This document shows, piece after piece, positions 47,342-56,050 of a stretch of DNA of 61,097 nucleotides (the stretch's first letter is position 1; the number at the start of each line of letters is the position of its first letter). The DNA lies in the NCBI GenBank assembly GCA_018883125.1, contig VEQR01000006.1, forward strand, positions 1 through 61,097, given 5' to 3'. The notes below the pieces were generated by a model. It was given only the letters and a program-made list of their open reading frames with translations, searched no databases and was not told the origin of the DNA. Source of the stretch: Candidatus Kapaibacterium sp. Its GTDB lineage: Bacteria > Bacteroidota > Ignavibacteria > Kapaibacteriales > Kapaibacteriaceae. Both the position numbers and the translations under genes were made by a program.

Positions 47342-48189
47342 GAAACACCTTTCGTTCGAAGTGCAATGGCACACCATTCTGTTTCCGTCAGCATCTCCTC
47401 GATCTGGCAGCCACGTTCGAGAAAGGGGGCGCATACTTCGTCGGCATCGTAGCGAAGTATACCGGAAAGCAGGATCACACCGCCGGGTTCAACGGCGCTG
47501 ATAAATGCCGCAGCATAGGGGATAACAAGGTGACGATAGAGGTTTGCGGCAAGACCGGAGCACTGCGGCAATTCAACGGCATGCAGATCCACATGCTCAA
47601 GTCGAACGCGATCCGTGACGGCATTCCGCTCGATGTTTTCCTGACTGTTGACGAAGGACCATTCGTCATTGTCAAACGCAAACACATCCCGCGCACCAAG
47701 GCGAGCCGCAAGTATTGCCAGTACACCAGTTCCCGTGCCGACGTCGATCCACGTGCTATCGGGCTTAACGTACCGCTCCATGAGTCGACACATCATGCGA
47801 GTGGTAGCATGGTGCCCAGTACCGAAGGACATCTTGGGCGTGATCACAAGGCGCAATGGCTGAGAAAACTCCTCCGTCCGCCATTCCGGAACAATCACAA
47901 TCCGCTCGTTGACCACAACCGGCTCGATGCTGGCTTCCCATTCGGCATTCCAGTTGCGGTCCTCCAGCACCTGCACGTGCGTGCCGTGCACGAGGACGTT
48001 CATCGTGGCAAGCTCGGCAACGATGGCTTCGGCAAAATCCGGCTGCCAGTCGTTCTGCTCAAAACATGCCGTGAGAGAATCTAGCCCTTGCTCAACTCCC
48101 ACAAGCGGATAACCGCTGAGAACTCCAAGTGCGATGTCTGCGTCCTCGTCGTGAACGCTCATTGTGAACATGACATATCGTGCCGGCAT
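47338..48189 (-). CDS. prmA: Ribosomal protein L11 methyltransferase
   Basis: WNAEW, PKMSFGTGHHATT, DVGTGTGVL, LSGI. Confidence 0.95.
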   Translation of the reverse strand: MPARYVMFTMSVHDEDADIALGVLSGYPLVGVEQGLDSLTACFEQNDWQPDFAEAIVAELATMNVLVHGTHVQVLEDRNWNAEWEASIEPVVVNERIVIVPEWRTEEFSQPLRLVITPKMSFGTGHHATTRMMCRLMERYVKPDSTWIDVGTGTGVLAILAARLGARDVFAFDNDEWSFVNSQENIERNAVTDRVRLEHVDLHAVELPQCSGLAANLYRHLVIPYAAAFISAVEPGGVILLSGILRYDADEVCAPFLERGCQIEEMLTETEWCAIALRTKGVS

Positions 48190-48201
48190 GACCTCTCGCT
48201 G

Positions 48202-48222
48202 TACTTTTGTGGTGCGAAACTA
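48202..48222. promoter_or_regulatory. Overlapping bidirectional promoter pair for kdsC (+) and prmA (-)
   Basis: + strand TACTTTTG at 48202; - strand TAGTTTCGC starting at 48222. Confidence 0.55.
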
Positions 48223-48279
48223 CGCCGCGAATCATCACGGCGGTCTCACGAACCGCAGACTAACCGCAGAGCCCCTTCA

Positions 48280-48795
48280 ATGACGAATCACGAACGTGCC
48301 GCATCGATCAAGCTGGTGATTATGGATGTCGATGGAACACTCACAGACGGAGCCATGTATTATTCGGCACGCGGCGAGGAGCTTAAGCGCTTCAATACTC
48401 GCGACGGCATGGGAATAACCCTGCTTCATCGGGGTGGGGTAAAAACAGCGATCATCACAAGCGAGAACTCCGAAATTGTGCTTCGCAGAGCGCAGAAGCT
48501 GGGCATTACGGAGGTAGTCCTTGGTAGCCACGACAAGACCGCAACATTCCACGACATCTCTCGTCGTAGCGGGCTGGACGCTAACAGCATTGCGTATATT
48601 GGCGACGATGTTAACGACCTCCATGTGATGCAGCTCTGTGGCCTTAGTGGGTGTCCGTCGGACGCCGTGAGCGCCATCAAAAACGTCGCACACATGGTCA
48701 GTTCGTTCCCGGGTGGTAATGGTGCCGTCAGGGAGTTTGCCGAGTTTATTCTCATTGCTCAAGGGAAGAATGTTACGCTACCCGAGCAGTGGTAA
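48280..48795 (+). CDS. kdsC: KDO-8-phosphate phosphatase (HAD, YrbI family)
   Basis: DVDGTLTDG, FNTRDG.GI, YIGDDVND, GGNGAVRE; start reset to 48280. Confidence 0.9.
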   Translation: MTNHERAASIKLVIMDVDGTLTDGAMYYSARGEELKRFNTRDGMGITLLHRGGVKTAIITSENSEIVLRRAQKLGITEVVLGSHDKTATFHDISRRSGLDANSIAYIGDDVNDLHVMQLCGLSGCPSDAVSAIKNVAHMVSSFPGGNGAVREFAEFILIAQGKNVTLPEQW

Positions 48796-48807
48796 GGAGA
48801 TAGAATT

Positions 48808-49188
48808 ATGGAAGAGAACAACAACGGCTCCTACACGCGGGGCTTTCTCATGGGCGCCCTAGTAGGCGGCGCGATCGGCGGAATCGTTGCGCTGCTTTTT
48901 GCGCCAAAGAGCGGACGTGATCTGCGTCGCGACATCGCCGATAAGACAGAAGAGGTCTACGACAAGGCCCAGAAGTACTTCACAAAGGACGATGAATCGC
49001 CGCGCGAGTTCGATGACGTCATCAACGAAGGCCGGCTTCGTGCCGAACGCATCGTCACCTCTGCCCGCACGCAGGCTGAGAATATTCTCGAGAGCGCCGA
49101 ACAGGTCCTCAAGGACGCAAAGCACCGTGCTCACAGATCCCTGCATGGTTCCGGTGGGGGAGTTGGATCCCATTCGTCGGAGGCATGA
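48808..49188 (+). CDS. YtxH-domain protein
   Basis: FLMGALVGGAIGGIVALLFAPKSGRDLRRDI; AAGGAG ribosome-binding site. Confidence 0.9.
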   Translation: MEENNNGSYTRGFLMGALVGGAIGGIVALLFAPKSGRDLRRDIADKTEEVYDKAQKYFTKDDESPREFDDVINEGRLRAERIVTSARTQAENILESAEQVLKDAKHRAHRSLHGSGGGVGSHSSEA

Positions 49189-49610
49189 TCATGGACAACC
49201 CGGTTCTGGTAATCTCGGCTACAATCGCCCTGCTTTCTGCCACGGCCCTGTGCATTGTTGGCGCCGTTGGCATTCTTCGCCTCCTTCGCAACGTTGATCG
49301 CATGACGAATTCCATTGAAGGAATGCAGCAAGACGTGCGGGACGTCAAGCGCTCACTGCAACCGGTTCTGGAAAAGTCAGCCGAACTCCTTGACCAAACG
49401 CAGCGAACAATCGCGCGCGTAGACCAGGATCTGCAGAAGCTCTCCGCCGGAGCTGATACCTTCAAAGCAATTGCCGACGACGTCAGAGTTCTGGAACACC
49501 TGCTCATATCCACGGTAAGACCATCGGTGGAAGAACTCGCATCATTCATCAGCGGGTTGGTAGGGGGCGTCACGTCATTTGCTAAGCGCCTGACGCGTTC
49601 GTTCTCGTAA
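49185..49610 (+). CDS. DUF948/YtxG-like membrane-anchored coiled-coil protein
   Basis: N-terminal TM followed by an amphipathic heptad region; coupled to the YtxH gene. Confidence 0.7.
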   Translation: MIMDNPVLVISATIALLSATALCIVGAVGILRLLRNVDRMTNSIEGMQQDVRDVKRSLQPVLEKSAELLDQTQRTIARVDQDLQKLSAGADTFKAIADDVRVLEHLLISTVRPSVEELASFISGLVGGVTSFAKRLTRSFS

Positions 49611-49616
49611 CCGGGG

Positions 49617-50555
49617 TTACTTCTTCGCCTTCCGGAGTTGCTTTTCAACGTCTACCCCGTACGACGCGACGAGTTTGCGCACATCGTCATACGCCGCATC
49701 CGACGTGCGCTGGAAGCCCTCCACACTGGCGATGGTCATGAGCGCATTCTTACCTTCAGCTGTTCGCTGGAACGACAGAAGCGCGTCGCAGATACGAGCG
49801 ACGATGGCCTGATCGAGCCCCTTACGCGCAACGACTGGATCATTCGGGATTTCTTCGGTCAGCCCCAGCACCTTGACCTTTTCGAACACATCAGGATGCT
49901 CTGTCTTGATCTTCGTGCGCGCATCAAGCTGCTCTCCGGTCACCGTGTCCGGCCGTGAAAAGAACACTGCCCCGGCATCGACATCTCGCGTGTAGACCTT
50001 GGTAACGACTTGGTTGTGTCCATTGGCGAACATCTCCTCACGTGGAGTGATGCCACGTTTACGAAGCATGTCCTTCGGGTAGATGTAGCCCGACGTCGAA
50101 GATGGATCAACATAGGCGATAGTCTTTCCCTGTAGCTGATCGATGGACGTGATGCCGCTTTCGGCATGCACGATGAACTCCCCCCGATATGACAATTCGC
50201 CATAGCGCCTGGCCACACGCATCACGGCATTGGCACCATACTTCTTATGCGCCAAGAGGTATGAGAACGTGTTCATGATGGCCATGTCGGCGCGGTTCGT
50301 GCCGAAGGCCTCCACAACCGTGATATAGAAGTTGGGAACCGCCACCTTCACATGCAGTCCGGTGCGCTGCGTGATATATGCCGCCAGCACCTCACCGTCC
50401 CTGATGATGGCCTGTGCGTCCGTTGACGGAGTGAGCATGATCCTCACGGGATTCTCAACCGACCCCAGCGGAGTTTCACCGTGCAACAGGGGACGAACCG
50501 ATAGCCATGCAAGCAGAAGAAGTGTTACCGTGATGTATCCTGTTGCCGGGCGCAT
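49617..50555 (-). CDS. Phosphate/phosphite/phosphonate-binding protein (PhnD family)
   Basis: Y..VVEA, D.A.M..FSY, DPSSTSGYIYP, GHNQV, IPNDP. Confidence 0.88.
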   Translation of the reverse strand: MRPATGYITVTLLLLAWLSVRPLLHGETPLGSVENPVRIMLTPSTDAQAIIRDGEVLAAYITQRTGLHVKVAVPNFYITVVEAFGTNRADMAIMNTFSYLLAHKKYGANAVMRVARRYGELSYRGEFIVHAESGITSIDQLQGKTIAYVDPSSTSGYIYPKDMLRKRGITPREEMFANGHNQVVTKVYTRDVDAGAVFFSRPDTVTGEQLDARTKIKTEHPDVFEKVKVLGLTEEIPNDPVVARKGLDQAIVARICDALLSFQRTAEGKNALMTIASVEGFQRTSDAAYDDVRKLVASYGVDVEKQLRKAKK

Positions 50556-50615
50556 GTGCTTGTACCGTGATGGTTCATGTGGATTTCGCTTCTGTTCTAT
50601 ACCGTTGTGGTTGCG

Positions 50616-50637
50616 TAACTTCGCGTCGCCAAACTTA
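50616..50637. promoter_or_regulatory. Overlapping bidirectional promoter pair for sucC (+) and the PhnD-like gene (-)
   Basis: + strand TAACTTCGC at 50616; - strand TAAGTTTGG starting at 50637. Confidence 0.55.
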
Positions 50638-50675
50638 CGATACTACGACACACCCTACGAGGAAGACTACTCAGC

Positions 50676-51929
50676 ATGAACATTCATGAGTACCAGGCAA
50701 AAGAACTTCTGCGATCTTACGGCGTACCTGTCCTGAAGGGCAAGGCCGTATTCTCGTCGGCAGATGCCGGCGCCGTTGCCTTCACCGACTTCGTTTCTCA
50801 CGGATCCAAGGCCATCGTGGTTAAGGCGCAGATCCATGCCGGCGGACGTGGGAAGGGGTCTGTTCACAATCCCGATACCAACGAACCGATTGAGATCGAC
50901 GGCAAGCCCCTTCGTGGAGTGACCGTTCTGGCGAGTGGCAATTTGGCCGACCGCGCCTATCAGGTGGCTGAAGGTCTGCTGAACAACAAGCTAGTGACCA
51001 TTCAGACCGGTGCCGAAGGCAAGATTGTCCGCCGCATCTTTATTGAAGACGGCTGCAGCATCGCTCATGAGTATTACTGCTCAATCCTGCTTGACCGTGG
51101 ACTGGGCCAGAACCTGATCATGGTCTCGACGGAAGGGGGCATGGATATCGAAGAGGTGGCCGAGCACTCACCGGAGAAGATCATCAGGGTGCATGTTGAT
51201 CCGGTGACCGGTTTCCAGCCGCACTTGGCCCGCGAACTGGCCTTTGGCCTTGGCCTAAGTGGCTCTGCTTTCAAGAGCTTCCTTACGTTCATTGCCAAAC
51301 TGTACAATGCCTACGTTGCCATGGACTGCTCCATGCTCGAAGTCAACCCGATGGTGGTGACGACCGACGGCGAGTTCATTGCCTTGGATGCTAAGATCAA
51401 TCTGGACGACAACGCCGAGTTCCGTCATCCGTATTGGGCAGACCTTCGCGACGTTACCGAAGAGGATCCACTTGAGGTTGAGGCTGGCAAGTACAACTTG
51501 AATTACATCAAGCTTGATGGGAACGTTGGCTGCATGGTGAACGGGGCTGGCCTGGCCATGGGTACAATGGATATCATCCAACTTGCTGGCGGCAAGCCTG
51601 CGAACTTCTTGGATGTTGGCGGTGGCGCCAATGTTGAGCGCATTGCCAATGCGTTCCGGATCATGATGAGCGATGCCGGCGTCGAGGCTGTTCTGATTAA
51701 CATCTTTGGCGGGATTGTTCGTTGCGATCGTGTAGCGAACGGTATCCTACAGGCGCTTCAGCAGGTTGACGTCAAGGTTCCTGTGATCGTCCGTCTAGAC
51801 GGAACCAATGCGGTGGAAGCTCGCGAAATACTTCAAAGCTCAGGCCTTAACTTCTTGGTAGCAGCCACGTTGCAGGATGCTGCAGACCGTGTTACAGAAG
51901 CTCTCGGATCAACCGCTTCTGCAACATAA
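50676..51929 (+). CDS. sucC: Succinyl-CoA synthetase beta subunit
   Basis: MNIHEYQAK, KAQIHAGGRGK, GCMVNGAGLAM, NFLDVGGGA, NIFGGIVRCD. Confidence 0.97.
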   Translation: MNIHEYQAKELLRSYGVPVLKGKAVFSSADAGAVAFTDFVSHGSKAIVVKAQIHAGGRGKGSVHNPDTNEPIEIDGKPLRGVTVLASGNLADRAYQVAEGLLNNKLVTIQTGAEGKIVRRIFIEDGCSIAHEYYCSILLDRGLGQNLIMVSTEGGMDIEEVAEHSPEKIIRVHVDPVTGFQPHLARELAFGLGLSGSAFKSFLTFIAKLYNAYVAMDCSMLEVNPMVVTTDGEFIALDAKINLDDNAEFRHPYWADLRDVTEEDPLEVEAGKYNLNYIKLDGNVGCMVNGAGLAMGTMDIIQLAGGKPANFLDVGGGANVERIANAFRIMMSDAGVEAVLINIFGGIVRCDRVANGILQALQQVDVKVPVIVRLDGTNAVEAREILQSSGLNFLVAATLQDAADRVTEALGSTASAT

Positions 51930-51981
51930 TCTGCATTATGTAAACTAAACGGATTCCACACTAAGACCCTTCTCACGTCCA

Positions 51982-52536
51982 ATGCCAAAGAACCGCATCT
52001 TCGATCTAGCCACTATGGCGGTCATTGTCAGCGTTGCCTTCACACGGCTGCTGCCACATTGGCCAAACTTCACACCGGTCCTGGCTGTGGCACTTTGCGG
52101 CGGCATGCTGTACTCTGATCGCCGGAGCGTATTGGTTCCGTTGTTTGCCATGGTCCTAAGCGATGTGGCCATGGGCTTTGCCTTTGGTACCGAGTACGCC
52201 CTGCATACAACACAATTGTATGTGTACGCCTGCCTTGCAGGTACGGCGCTGCTGGGTCGCGCACTTGCCACGATGAAGACACCGTCGGCCATCGTCCTAG
52301 GCGGCCTTGCCTCTGGCATCGGCTTCTTTCTGGTAACGAACGCAGCAGTGTGGATGCACGGCACGATGTATCCTCACAATATTGAGGGTCTTATTGCCTG
52401 CTATGGCGCCGGATTAGCCTTCTACCGCGATGGCGGCAATTTCCTGCTCAACGGTGTCATCTCAACGTGGATGTTTTCGGCCGTGATCTTTGGCGTACGG
52501 TCGTTGATTAGTCGCCGTCTCGTTGCTCTGAACTGA
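51982..52536 (+). CDS. DUF6580-like putative transport membrane protein
   Basis: RLLPHWPNFTPVLAVALCGG, SD, FFLVTN..VW, YP....GL..CY.AG..F. Confidence 0.75.
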   Translation: MPKNRIFDLATMAVIVSVAFTRLLPHWPNFTPVLAVALCGGMLYSDRRSVLVPLFAMVLSDVAMGFAFGTEYALHTTQLYVYACLAGTALLGRALATMKTPSAIVLGGLASGIGFFLVTNAAVWMHGTMYPHNIEGLIACYGAGLAFYRDGGNFLLNGVISTWMFSAVIFGVRSLISRRLVALN

Positions 52537-52594
52537 CCTGCCTGCCCCCTACCATCCTCAACTTTGGGATGGTATTACCGTGGATAACTTTCGC

Positions 52595-52635
52595 AACCGT
52601 CACCGCATTATTGCGCGTGGCGGTTTTGTGTTTTT
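52595..52635 (+). terminator. Terminator-like hairpin with U-tract (end of sucC operon, or attenuator of susC)
   Basis: AACCGTCAC-CGCA-TTAT-TGCG-C-GTGGCGGTT followed by TTGTGTTTTT. Confidence 0.6.
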
Positions 52636-52822
52636 GTTACTTTCCCAAAGAAATTCCCATAACTCAGACACCGTTGGGCCGGAGTGTGGTTGTGAGGGAT
52701 CAGTTTGGGGCACAATATCCGGGAGCATCGATGGCAGCCATTGAGGCGTTGATGACGGAATTTTGGGGCGTGTAATCAATCGACACAGTCAAGGTTTTTC
52801 ATCCACTTCTTTGTGCAGGAGT

Positions 52823-55800
52823 ATGAAACGAGTTTTCTACCTCTTTGCGGTCATTTTTGCCACTGCCGTCATGGCCATGGCACAGGACCGAACAATCTCC
52901 GGTACCGTCACTGATGCTGACGGTGCTGCATTAGCGGGGGCAGTCATTCAAGTAAAGGGAACAAAGGCGGGAACGTTCTCTCGAAACAATGGTGCCTATT
53001 CGATCAAGGCCGCAGACGGTGCGACCCTTGTCTTTAAACTTGTTGGCAAGCGTACGCGCGAAGTCGTCGTTGGAGAAAACAACGTCATCAATGTTGTTCT
53101 CGAAAACGACGCCACGCGTGAAGCCGAGGTCGTCGTCACGGCCGTCGGTTTGACGCGCTCGAAAAAGTCTCTCGGATACTCGACGCAAGAGGTCGGAAGC
53201 GACCAGATCGTCCAGTCCCGAGAAACCAACGTCGTTAATTCTCTTGCCTCTCGTGTTGCGGGTGTGCAAGTGAACAACTCCACCGGTACACCGGGCGCTT
53301 CGTCGTATATCCGCATTCGTGGATCGTCGTCGTTGACTGGTGACAATCAGCCCCTTTTCGTTGTTGACGGTATTCCGATTGACAACTCCCAGGTTGCTTC
53401 CGAAGGAACCACGGGGAGCGTTGCCTATTCAAACCGTGCCATGGACCTTGATCCGAATTCGATCGAGAGCATGAACGTTCTGAAAGGTCCAGCCGCTACG
53501 GCGCTCTACGGTATTCGTGCTGCTGGTGGTGCCATCATCATCACTACCAAGAAGGGCAAGCCATCGGACGGCAAGGTGAACATCAACGTCGCAGGTTCAT
53601 GGGGCATTGACGAGGTCAACAAGCTCCCTGAGCTGCAGACCAAGTGGTCACAAGGGGCTGGTGGTAAGTATGCATTTGGAACGGGTGCGTCCCGTTCATG
53701 GGGTGCGCTCATGGACACACTCCGCTATGATGGCAATTCGGCCTACAAGTGGGACCGCCGTGGCGCGATAGTTGGCAAGAGCAATCCGAACGCAAAGCAG
53801 GATATGCCGGTAACGGCGATCGATCCAGCCGGACAGTTCTTCACGACAGGCCTTACGCAGAACCAGTCGGTAACAATGTCGGGCGGAAGCCAGGCTGCAA
53901 CGTACTATGTGACGTTCTCGAATCTGAACGCCGACGGTGTTGTTCCGAACTCGTCATGGGCGAAGAAGAACCTGAAGGTCAGCAGCAGCGCGTCAGTTGC
54001 CAGCAACGTCACGGCATCGGCAAACATCAACTACGTCAACTCCGGTGGCACTCGTATCCAGCAGGGTTCGAACGTATCGGGCGTGATGCTCGGCCTGCTT
54101 CGTACCCCACCAAGCTGGGATAACTCGAACGGTTACGGAGCTGATGCTGTCACAACCGCCGCCGCATACAAGTTCCCTGATGGCAGCCAGCGGACGTATC
54201 GTGCCGGTGCCGGTTATGATAACCCATTTTGGACCGTCAATGAAAACGTGTTCAAGGATGATGTTAATCGTCTGTTCGGAAATGCACAGATCGATTGGTC
54301 GGTAACACCAGGGCTTGATGTGATGTATCGCATCGGTCTTGACTACTACAACGACAGCCGCAAGCAGACGTTCACGAAGAACTCCCGTGCGTACCCATCT
54401 GGTCGACTGTTCACGGATAACAACACGTTGAGCGACATCACGTCGGATCTGATCGTGACCTACAACACAGATGTTACGGATGACATTCATCTTCAGGCCC
54501 TCGTCGGTCAGAACATGTATTCTTCATCATTCAACTTCGATTATGCTCAGGCTGACGGTGTTGGTGACCCGACGAATCCTGGTGCCATCAACAACTATTC
54601 CGGACGTATCGCCAATCAGGGTATCTCGCGCAAGCGCACGATGGCATACTACACAGATCTGCGATTCGACTATAAGAACGCCCTGTTCCTCAACTTTACG
54701 GGTCGTAACGAAATGTCGACAACGCTTCCTGAAGCGAACAACTCGTTCTTCTATCCATCGCTTTCGGCGTCTGCTGTGCTGACCGAACTGATGCCGGAAC
54801 TGAAGAGCGACGTGATCAGCTTCATGAAGGTCCGAGCGAACTATGCATCTGTTGGTAAGGATGCGCCGATCTATGGTACAAATACCGGTTACGCATCTGC
54901 TGGTTACGGTGACGGCTGGACGAACGGCGTTACGTTCCCATTTGGTGGTCGCATTGGATACACGCTTGGCGACAATCTTGCTTCTCCGGACCTTCGTCCT
55001 GAGAGCACAACATCGATTGAGTTTGGTTTTGACATTTCGATGCTCGACAATCGGCTCTCTCTTGACTTTACGTACTACAACCAGACCGGCAAGGATCAAA
55101 TCTTCTCGGTGCCGATCGCAAACTCAACCGGTTATGCTTCACAACTCAAGAATGCCGGTTCGATCAGCAACAGTGGTATCGAAATTGTCCTATCGGGTTC
55201 ACCGATCGTCACAAACGATTTCCGTTGGGATGTCACCGTGAATTTCACAAAGAACACGATCGAAGTAGTTGAACTTGCTCCGGGTGTTGACAACATCTTC
55301 CTCGGTGGCTTCCAGGGTTCATCTGTCCGTGCCGTTAAGGGTCTCCCCTATGGCTCGATCTTCGGTTTTGGCTGGAAGCGTAACGATGCCGGCCAAGTCA
55401 TGATCGATGATGACACGACATCGGACAACTACGGCTATCCAATCCTGGATGAGACGGAGAAGGCCTTTGGTAGCTTCAACCCAGACTTCCTTCTGGGCAT
55501 CCGTAACTCGTTCACGTGGAAGGGGCTCACCCTTGCCGCACAGCTCGATATCCGTTCGGGTGGCGTGATGTGGAACGGTACACGCGGTGCTCTGTACTTC
55601 TTTGGTACGCACAAGGAAACTGAAGAACGCACAGGCACAAAGGTGTTCGATGGGGTCAAGGCCTCGAACGGCTCGGCCAATGACATCGCCGCACCGTATG
55701 GTGAAGGTTGGCTCTCACTTGGCAATGGTAACGGCTTCTTCGGAAGCAATACCGAAGACTTCATCGAAGATGCCAGCTGGGTTCGTCTGCGTGAGCTGAC

Positions 55801-56014
55801 GCTTTCCTACGTGATCCCATCGAACATCATGGAATCAACGCCATTCAGCGGTCTGACCGTTTCGTTCACAGGTCGCAATCTCTGGCTCAGCACGTCATAT
55901 ACGGGTGTTGATCCTGAGACCAGCCTTCTTGGTGCTTCTAGTGGACAAGGTCTCGACTACTTCAACATGCCGAGCACGAAGAGCTACGTCTTCTCGTTCA
56001 GCCTGAACTTCTAA
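52823..56014 (+). CDS. susC: SusC/RagA-family TonB-dependent outer-membrane transporter
   Basis: AGGAG before ATG 52823; EVVVTA (TonB box), IRIRG, PLFVVDG, VLKGPAATALYG, IIITTKKG; terminal Phe. Confidence 0.95.
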   Translation: MKRVFYLFAVIFATAVMAMAQDRTISGTVTDADGAALAGAVIQVKGTKAGTFSRNNGAYSIKAADGATLVFKLVGKRTREVVVGENNVINVVLENDATREAEVVVTAVGLTRSKKSLGYSTQEVGSDQIVQSRETNVVNSLASRVAGVQVNNSTGTPGASSYIRIRGSSSLTGDNQPLFVVDGIPIDNSQVASEGTTGSVAYSNRAMDLDPNSIESMNVLKGPAATALYGIRAAGGAIIITTKKGKPSDGKVNINVAGSWGIDEVNKLPELQTKWSQGAGGKYAFGTGASRSWGALMDTLRYDGNSAYKWDRRGAIVGKSNPNAKQDMPVTAIDPAGQFFTTGLTQNQSVTMSGGSQAATYYVTFSNLNADGVVPNSSWAKKNLKVSSSASVASNVTASANINYVNSGGTRIQQGSNVSGVMLGLLRTPPSWDNSNGYGADAVTTAAAYKFPDGSQRTYRAGAGYDNPFWTVNENVFKDDVNRLFGNAQIDWSVTPGLDVMYRIGLDYYNDSRKQTFTKNSRAYPSGRLFTDNNTLSDITSDLIVTYNTDVTDDIHLQALVGQNMYSSSFNFDYAQADGVGDPTNPGAINNYSGRIANQGISRKRTMAYYTDLRFDYKNALFLNFTGRNEMSTTLPEANNSFFYPSLSASAVLTELMPELKSDVISFMKVRANYASVGKDAPIYGTNTGYASAGYGDGWTNGVTFPFGGRIGYTLGDNLASPDLRPESTTSIEFGFDISMLDNRLSLDFTYYNQTGKDQIFSVPIANSTGYASQLKNAGSISNSGIEIVLSGSPIVTNDFRWDVTVNFTKNTIEVVELAPGVDNIFLGGFQGSSVRAVKGLPYGSIFGFGWKRNDAGQVMIDDDTTSDNYGYPILDETEKAFGSFNPDFLLGIRNSFTWKGLTLAAQLDIRSGGVMWNGTRGALYFFGTHKETEERTGTKVFDGVKASNGSANDIAAPYGEGWLSLGNGNGFFGSNTEDFIEDASWVRLRELTLSYVIPSNIMESTPFSGLTVSFTGRNLWLSTSYTGVDPETSLLGASSGQGLDYFNMPSTKSYVFSFSLNF

Positions 56015-56050
56015 CCCAAAATATCGACACAATCAAGGAACTACACGATT

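Noticed and set aside
48251-48270. Short direct repeat AACCGCAGA x2 in the kdsC leader
   Set aside because: Only two 9-bp copies; too little to support a call.
51930-51981. Cobalamin riboswitch before the DUF6580-like gene
   Set aside because: The 52-nt gap is too short and lacks B12-box motifs.
52569-52775. 68-aa ORF in the susC leader
   Set aside because: It crosses a terminator-like hairpin, has no clear ribosome-binding site or protein features, and RNA structure explains the region better. A leader peptide is not fully excluded.
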